Assembly: GCA_964187785.1 (NCBI GenBank)
Contig: OZ076409.1
Coordinates: 31,436,001-31,500,000 of the forward strand
From: Amphiscolops sp. MND2022
Taxonomy: Eukaryota
Length of the DNA: 64,000 nt
Direction: 5' to 3'
The notes under the pieces were generated by a model, which saw only the letters and a program-made list of their open reading frames with translations, had not been told where the DNA came from and did no database searches. Positions 36,842 to 48,129 of the stretch are shown piece after piece; position 1 is the stretch's first letter, and every line of letters starts with the position of its first letter. Position numbers and translations under genes: made by a program.

Positions 36842-38007
36842 GTAACAAACTATTCTCTTTTCCAGTATTTTGTGTACCAAAAATTATTTAATCAAAGCAA
36901 AGTTCTCCTCGCGCATATATGTGATTGTATTTGAGGGGTCATTTTAGTATTTTACATGTTTTATCAAGCTGTGCGCTATAAATTGATCAAACATGAGATT
37001 TAGAATTTTGCGTTTCTATGATGTTTCAGCATGAAATTCTGGAGTTTCCTACATATAGCACTTAAAATGAGAGTTTCTTCTTGTTCTCATGTGGATAGAA
37101 ATTTATTTTCCGTCCCCATCAATCCATTTGTTTGACCAGGGCTCTCGCCGAATTAGCTGTTGAGAGTTTAGTAGAAGAACGCCGGTGAATCTGCTTCACA
37201 ATTATAGTTTCAAGTGTTTCCTTGTTTCTGTCATCGATGGTGTTGGAGAGGTCGCATTTGGAATCTTTGAATAGCCTTGTATAATTGGGTTTAATTTTTC
37301 CGTGTCGGCATTAATTTGAAAAGGGTACAGCCAAGGTCGTACAGCCAATTATCCGATGATTAAATTCAATAAAATTCCAGAGTGTCGCCATATTCCAAGT
37401 TTGGCATTATTCAAGTTGTCTCTGCCAGCTTTTTGAGTGGCATTGACATCTTTCCACTTCGGCCTACCGCTTCAATGGTCAAAAAACATCATTTGGAAGA
37501 AGAAAAGTTCACTATGAGGTGCAAAGGCGCAGAGTTAAAACGGCTGATATAGTAAATTCGTACTCCCCTGTTTCATTCCGAATAATTCATGAATAACTTG
37601 AATAATCCGACTTTTGAATATTCAAAAATTCAGCAACTCTGGGTGCAGCGTGAATGACAATTTTCCATAAATACTCGTGGTTCCAGTTGGCACACTCTTT
37701 GCTCAAGTTTGAAATTCCGAGGATGAAAAGAGGGCTGATGTTTTAAAAACATTGTTCTTCCGGACACTGCATAACACCGACAAAAATGGGAGGACCCTTT
37801 TCTCTCTTAGTGTGGTAGATTATGTAAAAATTGATAGGGAGGACCCCTGTTAATGCTGATCAGATATAACGCTAGAAAAGTGTATCTTCCAGAGTGGAAA
37901 TTGTCATCCTACAGTAAAAATTTGCCTCTGTACGTAAGAGATGGGCGCTTAACAAAAACGACGACTGAAGAATTGAATTGGCTACTCAAAATTACATTGT
38001 TTCATAG

Positions 38008-38384
38008 GAGTTCCGCACAGTTTTCTGGCAAGGAAGAGAAGCCTCGAACAAAGCCTACTTCCACTTCAACATGCACTTCAGCCGAAATGAACTGCCGGCT
38101 TACATCGACAAACAGATTGATAAGCTGAAACGAGCTCTGAAACTGTCGCACCTGGATGCTATTGTGGAGCCTGCGGTGTACGTGAACCAACAGGTAGAAG
38201 ATGTTCCTTTGCTCATTTCTCTTAACCAAGAGATAGTCATCCACAGAGGAACTCGCAAAGACGTCAATAGAAGCAAGTTCGAACCTCAGCCCAGGCTGTA
38301 TTGCGTGAGATCAAATGCTGGAACTGCTTTCGTCAGATGCATCGAGATCGAATGCAGTGCAAAGTGGCTCAACTCTGCATATTG
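38008..38384 (+). CDS. FLII: Flightless-I exon, gelsolin repeats 4-5
   Basis: VFWQGREASN, IVIHRGTRK and PRLYCVRSN..RCIEI..LNS match FLII motifs. TAG acceptor, GTTAGA donor. The next exon was not found in the window. Confidence 0.9.
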
Positions 38385-38555
38385 GTTAGAATTTACTAAG
38401 GTCCTGAAAAGTTGAGAAGCAAAATATCTTAGGGTGGTGTTTCCACGAGATTCCTTGTTGCCTAAACGGTTCCGCTATAGCTCGTGATGCTATCAGTAGT
38501 AAGAGGATTCCCTCCTTATAACACAACAGGCCAAATTGAGAACATCAGAAACGTT

Positions 38556-38800
38556 GATTCACACCCCTCAGTAGGAACACACTGGGTTATGTTTGTTAAT
38601 GAGTATTACTTTGATTCATATGGCTGCCCTCCTCCACTAAGTATAATGAATCACATTAGCAGAAATATATATTCAGAATATCAAATTTTGAAAAATGATA
38701 GTTATTGTGCAGCGTTTTTGTTTATCTGTTTTAAATCTTACACACCTAATAGGCTTTAAAAATGCAGTACTAAATTCATCTTACCAGACATTTGCCAATA
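38556..38800 (+). pseudogene. Adenain-like protease remnant (element B), 5'-truncated
   Basis: GTHWVMF..YFDSYGCPPP..SYCAA motifs, joined directly to the left TIR. Confidence 0.8.
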
Positions 38801-38989
38801 ATAAATGAAAAAAATTAACCCTTATTCAGCTCAATTTAAAACCATCTCCGAACAACCCAAACAGAATCATCCGAATGAATATACAAATCAAAATACAAAT
38901 AATCCGAATAAGAAAAACTTGACAAAGGATAGGCAAGAATTTATGAACAACATTGCCGCTAGTCGGTGCAAAGATTTTTCTGCTTAATA

Positions 38990-40030
38990 AATGGATATAT
39001 CAAACTTTGTAACTTATGATTCGAAAAATTTCTTTTGCTGAGTATTGCTAAAATGTAATGAAGAAATTGTTGAAAATACTCATACTAAACCACAAGAAAC
39101 TCTAGAGTTTGAAATGAACAAACAAAGCGAATATTTTTCTTTCGATGTACCTCTACAATTGAATGAAAAATGGATGATAACAAGTTTAGAAGTATACAAT
39201 ACAGTTTATAATATTACAAGAATAATAAACTTGAAATTCCTCTAACAGAACAACAACTAAAAGAACATAGAATTGAAACCCAATTAGTAAAGAATATAAA
39301 AAATTTATATTTAACCTCTGATGATTAATTTGTTGAAAAAATTACAAGTCTTCATTATCTTTAATTATCTTGATCAACGAATACGTATTCCCGACTTTGA
39401 AATTGAAAATGATTCCTTTGGAATAGAACTACCACCAGAAGCATATGAATTAGTTGATATCAATGCTTTCAAAAAACGAAAAATTGTTGATTCTGATTTC
39501 AAAATAGTTGATATAAACAATGTTATAAAACCAAATTTCTCCGTTACTGGCTTCGAACTCAACATGGAAGCAGATACGATATCAATGAAATCAAACACGA
39601 TTGATTAACAACCTCAAACTGGATTCGTTTTAATTCAAAATTAAATAAACTTCTAGGATTTACATCTAAAATGTACCCAGAAAGAACTCAATATTCAGAA
39701 AAACCAGTTATGAATAAATCGCATAATTCATAAGTCATATGAGTTATGAATAACTCATAAATCAGTTATGATTACATCAATAGAGAAAGTTCATCTGAAG
39801 TGCGACTGTGTAGATGGCTCAATTGTTAATGGAGTTCGAGAACAAATACTATATTCTTTCAACCCTCCAGGATATAAAGTTATGAAAGAGCCAACCACTG
39901 TTTTGTACAAAAAGAAACAAAACACGATTAGACAACATCCAATTTTTCCTCGGAGACTCGAATCAAAGCGCAGTAGATTTCAACAACTAGACACTCACCT
40001 TCACGATTCAAATCATTAAGATTTAATCTA
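38990..40030 (+). pseudogene. Minor capsid-like gene (element B), fragmented
   Basis: KPQETLEF..FSFDVPLQL..W..TSLEVYN and VHLKCDCVDGSIVNG.REQILYSF..PPGYK motifs; many frameshifts. Confidence 0.65.
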
Positions 40031-40037
40031 TATAAAT

Positions 40038-40437
40038 AATGAGCTTCAATAAATTTAAAAATGACTATTGTGTCGGCGGTAAACCTTATTCCGCTACGGC
40101 GAGTATTCGTCGATATGTAACTGGAAATAAAAAAAACGGAAGCACCTGTTAAATTACTAAGAGGTACTAGTGGTAATTGTAATAGAAATAAACCACCTCT
40201 AGTTCCAGATCAAACTATACAAGCAGAAGGATTGGAAGATTTTTCAAAAATCTAGGCAAAGCCGCCAAGAATGTAGGGAAGAAAATACTCAATAATCCTG
40301 GAGGAGCTTTAGAAATAGCTGCAAATATAGGAACTGCAGCTGAAAGTAAAAATCGTTAACTTCTTGCAGAAACTGCTCCCGATGTTATAAAATTTGTTCA
40401 TCAAGGGGAGGGTTTATATCTGGGTAAAATTCATTAA
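40038..40437 (+). pseudogene. Small basic Polinton protein (element B), disrupted
   Basis: YCVGG..CNRNK..QTIQAEGLEDF..GKAAKNVGKKILNNPG read across frames and stops. Confidence 0.5.
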
Positions 40438-40619
40438 TGAATAAGTCTATAGACATGTTCATCGATTCATGAATGGTTCATGAAAAGTATGTATTTTTTT
40501 TCAGAATTTACATGAGTATAATTTTTGCATTATAGACATATTCATGAATTATATTTAAAATTAAGTAATAATAAATGTATTCAAATCATAATCGTGATGA
40601 TTTGGAAAAGGTATGAAAT

Positions 40620-41149
40620 TTGCAAGAAAATTCGGATTCGACTGTGGCTTTTTGCACACCCGTTTTGACAAATACTTGTATCAGAGAGTGCATGGCAATC
40701 ATTAAAATTGATAAGAAAGCGTTCGAGCACCTGAAGGCCTTCGCAGCTTTTGTCAGTGAGCAAGAACCTGAATTGTGTGTCATTAGTAAAACTCTCGCAA
40801 AGTCTTGCTTCAACCTACAGTGTGAACACGTGGGCAAAATTGAGGTGACGTTCAAACTTATTCTGGAGTCAATGGGGAAGACAACATTGGGAGAAAACTT
40901 ATCGGTCTCTGTAGAATTGGTGGATCCCAACAAAAGGAGTTGCAAGGTCCTTTCGTCTTGTCAGTGTACTTGAAAAACGTCAAGTGCAAAGACGAAAAAA
41001 TTTTCGAGAGACAGATGAAAATCTCTCCATCTGGCTACCGAGTCGAGCGAGCAATGAAATACTTAATTTCCACATACACCATAAACCAATTCTTTGAATC
41101 AAAGCTTCGCATTGGAGTTTGTATTCAACAACAAAGTGAAAATGGATGA
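40620..41149 (+). pseudogene. Hypothetical protein, possibly MATH/TRAF-like, frameshifted
   Basis: FKLILESMG...LSVSVELV..PFVLSVYLKN..KLRIGVCI follows the beta-strand pattern of MATH domains; similarity is weak. Confidence 0.3.
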
Positions 41150-42849
41150 ATTCAAATGAACATTGTAAAGGTAATATAAAATATTTCTTGATCAATTTTC
41201 GTTTTCTGAAAAAAGTAGGCTTTACCAAGAAGAGCTATTATCAGGAAAAAGTTATTCATCATTGAAGCTTGGCTTTTTTTTCTCACGCAATGATTGTTGA
41301 GACAAGCTGCAATATCAAATTCCTCTAATCAATCTTTAGGGATTGAAATACTCAAAGCGGCAAAATTGACTCTTGCGAGATGTTCAAGCTAGGCATTAGG
41401 GAAAAGAATGACTGAAAAGTAAATTACAAAATAACTTGAATGACAAAATTCAAGCAATAAACAGAGCGATGACACAAGCAAACACGTTATAAAAATCACA
41501 TCAGAAAAGTTTGTCAAACGTCTCCGAGATCAAGCTTAGCTATTTCCAATGCCGGCTTTTTGATATTTTTAGCTCTATACTTCTTCGGCGCAGGTGGGCA
41601 CTCCTCAACTGGGCTAGTTTTTGATTAGATTGGACTGTCACGGGCAATTTGCTCATGTTTTGTGTCGGCAACCTTTGGCGACAGAGAACATGAAGCTTCT
41701 TGTGGTGATTCAGGGGTACTCTTAATATCCCAGTACCATTCTAAACTTTCCAAGTCGGTCATGCAACCCAACTGATTCTCTGAAAAGGGTATATTACGAC
41801 AGTCAATGTCAAACAGAAGCTGTCGCACACCACACGGCAACTCGAAACGATCATAAACTATTGATGTAGTGAATGAAGTTTCTACAGTGTCTGTTAAGTT
41901 GAAGATGTTTGGATAAATTCCCAATGCACACTCAGCTCTAAGCAAAATAAACAAGTCTTTTGGGATTGAAACTGAGCTTTTTACTGACCAAACGTCATCT
42001 CCCCATACTTCTGCAATTATTGCTATTGTTTTGTTGAACCAAGTTTCGTAAAATGTGAACCGCTAGTTACCAGACACAGCAGTGAAAGTCTGCATTGGTA
42101 GTTTCATGGTAGCTCAGCTGCTGACAAAATGAAGAATGTGCCCAATTGTTCACAAAAGATCAAATTTCGGAAACGAATTTACAAATTGGAAGTTTTCTTT
42201 TTCTACACTGAATTGTTTTTGACCTTCAGAACTAATAACTCTAGTTGTCACTAAACACCTTTGGAATTGGAAAGAATCAAATTTAAATGTGTATGAGTGG
42301 GCACACTCTATCGACGTTTTTACTTTACCGGTTACTTTACCGGGACTTTTTGAGTTGAGTTTTGAAAGAAATTATTTAAACTAGCTGCTTGACTAAGTTG
42401 AAAAGGATTTAATTTTGCAATAGCAAACAAAGCATGTATTGTAGTGTTTAGTCATTGAGTACATAGTCTTAAATAAACCACGCTTGTACCCCGGAGTACT
42501 GTATCTCAATATCTGAGATGATTCATTGGCTAGACAGTACATGTATTGAAGTGAATTTACTTGTATAAAACTTCAGTTCATGTTTCCGAGATTGTCGTGA
42601 ATCTGATACTTCAGCTTTTTCAAGGTTGACATATTCCTTCACACTGTCAAGATGTGCGCTACGTTTAGATGAATTGATAACAGCGTTAAAATGTCACTAC
42701 ACAAAGATTCGCTTTGCTAGAATCTAACTGCTTAATTTTAGTCTGTAAACAATTTTTTTTCAACCAAGCACTTGCTGAAGTTGACATGAAAATACTGGTT
42801 TGAAGATTATATTCATGCCACATTTCATTCCTAATAAACGATGCAAGCT

Positions 42850-43426
42850 TTACAAAGTTTTGGAATTGTCAATCGAAAAATATAAATTAGTAGTGTCGAT
42901 GCTTCCGTATCTGTCATTAAGAATGTCTAATATTCTGTACAAAGTTGCAACAGATGGGCCTTGAATTGACTGCTGAAATCGCCTAAACGTGGCAGTCGGT
43001 AAAACACACGTTTGAACCCTTTGGTCTCGTTTGATTTGAATGAAAGGAACTTTGCGCCGACCCTGAGGTAGCAATGTTGTTTTCTTTTACATTGTACTTC
43101 ATTGCAACCTGCAGACGGTTCATAATCTCACCTTGCATGACAAGACTCGAACAATCCACCAACAATGGACAGAAAGTTGAATACAGGCAGGGTACCTTGT
43201 AACCTTTTCTAACATTGGAATCGCACTCAAAAAGAACATGGTAGTGTGGTTGTTTCTCAAAGCCGCAAAGATAATCAGAGGTAGTGGAATGAAATCCAAA
43301 CGAGTAATTTGATCCTGAAGGAATGTCAAGCTCAATCCTTGGTTCCTTTTCTAACACCAGATACCGAAAGTTTTTCCGATGTCGTTTGAAAAAGTCCGGA
43401 TGCTGTTCATGCATTTTTTCCACCAT
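42850..43426 (-). pseudogene. Hypothetical protein with HUH-like motif
   Basis: QPHYHVLFEC preceded by YSFGFH; continues by frameshift into the 42850-43074 ORF. Confidence 0.4.
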
Positions 43427-44342
43427 GTTTCGTCAACAAAAAAAACTGAGAGAAAACTTGATACAATTACTTCACATCGACAATAGAAAAACAAAGAAGT
43501 AGCTTGGAACACGGCTTTTACCGTTGCACGAGACAGCTCGAGTTTCAAGATGCTTGCACATTCTTGAGAAACGTCACCGAAGCGAACCTGTTACCCAAAA
43601 CCGTCCGGAAAAGAATGTTTTTCACCAACGTTGCTATGAAAAAAACGATGTGGAAAAACGATATTCTGGTAGTTATTCACGAAATGTTTTCAAAACCCTC
43701 GACTATCTCAACAAAACAGATCGGGATGATTGAACTAAATTAAAAACCAACGAGGTTGAAAAGTATATATCGAATAAGTATTAATTCACTGGACTTTGAA
43801 GATTAAACAAAAGCATCATACTAACAATGAAATCGTGTGGATTATCAAAATAGTGAATACTTCAACTACGTACTGAATTCGAACGAGGAGAGGATTAAAA
43901 CAGAATGAAGCACACTGAAAAATGTAAAAGAAGGACTTAATTTAGAAAAGAGATGAAGCTCGGATAGCATCGGAAAGGAACAAAAACACTAGATCTAAAA
44001 TAAACAATATTCGATACGTTCGGGATGAGATGGGATAGAGCGTAAATGAGGATTGGAAAGTAATGGAAACAAAAACGACCTTTAAAATATTGTTATAGAA
44101 AGTTTCGATTGAAGAAAGGATAGTCAGCGCCAAACAAAACCAAAGCATTATAGCAGTTTACATTACCCATAAATTGTGATAGAATAGATTGAGATTTACC
44201 AACTCAAAAAATTATGCAGTAGAAAAACATCCAAAAAACCATGATTGATGGGTAAAGACAGATAAAAACTAGAAACATCAACAAAAGTTGTATGTTGTAA
44301 ATACTTTTTGAAATGAGTTGTAAGGCTTATCATTCCTTTTTA

Positions 44343-44688
44343 TCAAGTTTTTTGCTTCTCAATGTCAGTGGCCCCCATATCGTTTTGAACAATCCTCTTC
44401 ATTTTTTTCTGCTCCATACTGCTTTCGGAATTCGGAGGGCCCATGCTAATGTTTTCCACATTCGCTATCATTTCCTGAAACTCCTTGACAGTGAGTCCCA
44501 CTCTCTGTTGCAGGTGATAGTATTCTTGACCCTTTTTTCTTGAACAACTTGATGTTGATGTAGGTGATGCCACTGTTTTTATAAGTGTTTGTGGTCACGC
44601 GAACAAGTCGTTTTTCAGATGAAGCCACATCAATATGGGCTACTCCAAACTCCAGATCTTTTGAGGATGTGATAGAGCTGAAGGTCAT
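44343..44688 (-). pseudogene. PC4-like ssDNA-binding protein, frameshifted
   Basis: RLVRVTTNTYKNSGITYINIKLF joined at an A-run to ..QRVGLTVKEFQEM, resembling PC4 (R.VSV..FKG...IDIREY..KGISL..EQW). Confidence 0.5.
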
Positions 44689-45499
44689 GGTTGGTTTTAA
44701 AATTTTTCTTACTTGTGATTATGCTGTGCTACCGAAGGTCTCAAGACAATAATCTGGAAAAAGCAATAATTGAGACAATACTCAATAGATAAATGAGATA
44801 TGACAACGGACACCTTGACAGAAACTTAATGTTCAACTGGCACAAATTTTTGTCACAACAAAACTAGCGTCCTATTTCTGTCAAAGGTAAAGATTCATGT
44901 TTATTTTGAAACAAGATACCTTGAAACCGAACCAAGAAAGTAAAGTCAACAATTTTTCATCACCTATGGTTCACCGTCAACAAGTTTAGTATGGATTTTA
45001 TGTTTGGTCGAGCAGACCGAATGTAAGGTTGATATTTCATGAATAAATCTCTGTAGTTGCCAGTTCCAGGCTGATTCAATAGAGCAGCACGCCACGCAAC
45101 ATGAAAGCGACATCGGCTTTTTGTATATACTATTGCTTACTACGCAACAGCTTGAATGGGCGTATCTCGAGAGGCATTTGTTTTCAACGTGAGTTACTAC
45201 AACATAATCTGTAATAAATTAAGCACACATACTCTGCTGAGCGCGACGCCGGATAAACTCAAGAGCGGTACCGACGCAGTATTTGTGTGAATGATTAGCA
45301 GTGCGGTTAAGTTTGTGTCATCTTGTTTAGAGGAACTCTTGTTTTCTCAATCGAACCTACTTCAGGAATGCTTTCATGACTGGCCAATGTTGTCAAGTTC
45401 ATATTGTTCAGATTGCATGACGTTATGAAAACAGTGAAGTATGTTGAAAACACCGCAAGTAATTCTCAGCATGAAGGGAGATTTCTAACAAAAAGGATG

Positions 45500-45920
45500 C
45501 AGAAACATTGTTTTGGCTGATAATTTTGTGCTGCGCAGGTCTAATCGCGGTCTCAAAACTAGAATGGGGAAAACGTGGGTTAAAAAGCCAAATACTGGGC
45601 TCAATTGTTGCCCCCGTAGATCTAATTGCGATCCCACGACCCTTAAAAAGGTAAAAGCTTCGGTAAAAAGCGTATTGTCGAGCTCAAATGCCGCTCCCGC
45701 AGGTTTAAATGCTGTCCCCACAAACGTAAAATGGAAATGATTACCTAAAAAAGCAAAATACTAGGCTTAAATGCCGCCCACAGGCTCAATTGCGGACCCA
45801 TAACCGTAAAAAAGAAAAAACTCGAGAAAAAAAGCCTAATATTGGACATGAATGCCGCCCTCGCAGGCGTAATTGCGGCCCAATATCCAGAGAATGGAAG
45901 CTTGGCAGAAAAAGCAAAGG
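45500..45920 (-). repeat. Degenerate inverted copies (~5) of the 83-bp array A unit
   Basis: For example AAAAGCAAAATACTAGGCTTAAATGCCGCC..CAGGC..TTGCGG..CCATAACCGTA is the reverse complement of the 13005-13890 unit. Confidence 0.8.
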
Positions 45921-45924
45921 ATTC

Positions 45925-47430
45925 GGCTTAAGATTCTATGAGTACGGTCGTATAGGACTTGTACTCAATCTATCATTCAATATACAGGACCATACAATAG
46001 GTCTAAAGTAGCTCAGACTCGATAAACACGGTCGTATAGGACTGATATCCAATCTATTTTTCAAAATACACACCCTACTATAGGTCTAAAGCAGCTAAAA
46101 CTAGATGAACACGGTCGTATAGGACTGATATCCAATCTATCTTTCAATTTACAGACCTTACAATAGGTCTAAAGTGGCTAAAATTCGATGAACACGGTCG
46201 TATAGGACTGATATCTAATCTATCTTTCAATTTACAGACCATACAATAGGTATAAAGTGGCTGAGCCTCGATGAACACGGTCGTATAGGACTGATATCCA
46301 ACCTATCTTTCAATATACAGAAGCATACTATAGGTCTAAAGTAGCTGAGATTCAATGAACACGGTCGTATAGGACTGATTTCCAATCTATCTTTCAATTA
46401 AGAGGACCATACTATAGGTCTAATGTAGCTGAGACTCGATGAACACGATCGTATAGGACTGATATTCAATCTATCTTTCGATATACAGGACCATACTATA
46501 GGTCTAAAGTACTTAAGATTTGATGAACACGGTCGTATTGGACTGATATCCAAACTATCTTTCAATATACAACCCTACTATAGGTCTAAAGTAGCTAAAA
46601 TTCGATGAACACGGTCGTATAGGACTGATATCTAATCTATCTTTCAATTTACAGACCATACAATAGGTCTAAAGTGGCTAAGAGTTTATGAATACGGTCG
46701 TAGAGGACTGATATCCAATCTATCTTTCAATATACAGACCGTACTATAGGTCTAAAGTAGCTAAGATTTGATGAATACAGTCTTATATGACCTATATCCG
46801 ATGTATCTTCCACTAAACAGTAACGTTCTATAGGACTAAAGTACCTAAGATTTGATGAACACGGTTGTCTTGGACTTATATCCAATATATCTTTCAATAT
46901 AATGACCGTACTATATGTCTAAAGTAGCTAAGATTCAATAAACACGGTCGTATAGGACTGATATTCAATCTATCTTTCAATATACGGACCATACTATGGG
47001 TCTAAAGTTGCTAAGATTTGATGAATACAGTCTTATATGACCTATATCCGATGTATCTTCCTCTGAACAGTAACCTTCTATAGGCCTAAAGTACCTAAGA
47101 TTTGATGAACACGGTTGTCTTGGACTTATATCCAATATATCTTTCAATATTAGGACGGTACTATATGTCTAAAGTAGCTAAGATTCGATAAACACGGTCG
47201 TATAGGACTGATATTCAATCTATCTTTCAATATACAGGACCATACTGTAGGTCTAAAGTTGCTAAAATTCTAAGATTCAATGAACACGGTCGTATAGGAC
47301 TGATATTTGTTCCATCTTTTAATATACAGTACCATAATATAGGTCTAGAGTAGCTAAGATTCGATGAACACGGTCGTATAGGACTGATATTCAATCTATC
47401 TTTCAATATACAGGACCATACTATAGGTCC
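45925..47430 (+). repeat. Tandem array B, 83-84-bp unit, ~18 copies
   Basis: GATGAACACGGTCGTATAGGACTGATATCCAATCTATCTTTCAAT.. at 46021, 46104, 46187, 46270 and onward. Confidence 0.95.
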
Positions 47431-47544
47431 AAAGAATGATTTCAGACGTTTGTCACGCAAAGAAAACAATTGCACATGCATAACTGTATTGGTGAAATGA
47501 ATGAATGATCGTTATATAAGGAACCTTTTTGTACTAGTTGATAA

Positions 47545-47625
47545 GGTCTCGTGGCATAGTGGTTAGATACCCTGATTTTCATCCATGAGGTACCCGGTTC
47601 GATTCCGGGACTTGGTAAACTTTTT
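47545..47625 (+). ncRNA. tRNA-Glu(TTC)-like Pol III unit in the A-family terminus
   Basis: A box TGGCATAGTGG, CCTGATTTTCATCCA anticodon-arm-like segment, T arm CCCGG-TTCGATT-CCGGG, TTTTT at 47621. The acceptor stem does not pair canonically. Confidence 0.6.
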
Positions 47626-47684
47626 GCAAAATTTCAAACCCCCCCCCCCGTGTTTAGCATGGTCCCATATAAAATCAAACTACT

Positions 47685-47864
47685 CAGGTGTTCGTACTGT
47701 TCTGGAGATCTAGTTACGATGCGTATGTGTTTACTATTACGCAATCGAAATAATTTTAATTTTTTCAATAACAAGTAGGTCTTGCCACAAAATGAAGGAC
47801 CAACTAATAATCTATTTAAATCCTGATCCGGCATAATAATTATGTTTGAATTATTTGTTTTCAT
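47685..47864 (-). pseudogene. N-terminal part of packaging ATPase (element B), cut by the nested element
   Basis: LLVGPSFCGKT Walker A and IVTRSPEQY; the frame runs into the AGTAGT terminus at 47684. Confidence 0.8.
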
Positions 47865-48129
47865 TTGAATTTATATTATTAGTTTTATCCTCAATACTTT
47901 CATTTGAATGATTCATAATAATTTTATCACTGTTTGTCCGAATGTTTTTTATACGCTCTGATAAATATGTTCTGTTGACTTCGCGATCACCGTCTTCACA
48001 ATTTATATTTTATTCAAAACATCCTTGCATTTGTTATTTTGTTGTTTTTTTAAATAGTACAATTTTTATCAGTACAATCGGCACAAACTGGGTTTTCACT
48101 ACTATGGGCACAAATTAGACTCTCCTTGA

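Larger units (their letters stand above)
40600..47684. mobile_element. Right-hand fragment of an A-family Polinton nested in element B
   Basis: Ends ..GGTCCCATATAAAATCAAACTACT (reverse complement of the 10302 terminus), contains inverted array-A units, and abuts the truncated B ATPase. Left boundary approximate. Confidence 0.75.

Noticed and set aside
37864..37933. Extra FLII exon ending at the GTAAGA donor
   Set aside because: No phase-compatible acceptor was found, and exon 36841 joins 38008 in frame without it.
45925..47430. CRISPR-like appearance of the regular arrays (also 13005-13890)
   Set aside because: Whole units repeat with no unique spacers, there are no cas genes, and the context is eukaryotic. 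These are tandem repeats.
47545..47615. Functional tRNA-Glu gene
   Set aside because: The acceptor stem does not pair in a standard cloverleaf and the anticodon stem has mismatches. Kept only as tRNA-like.
10302..47684. A single 37-kb Polinton bounded by the matching termini at 10302 and 47684
   Set aside because: The flanks differ (TGCCCC versus CAGGTG), the termini are diverged, host exons lie between them, and the right terminus is inside the TSD-bounded element B.
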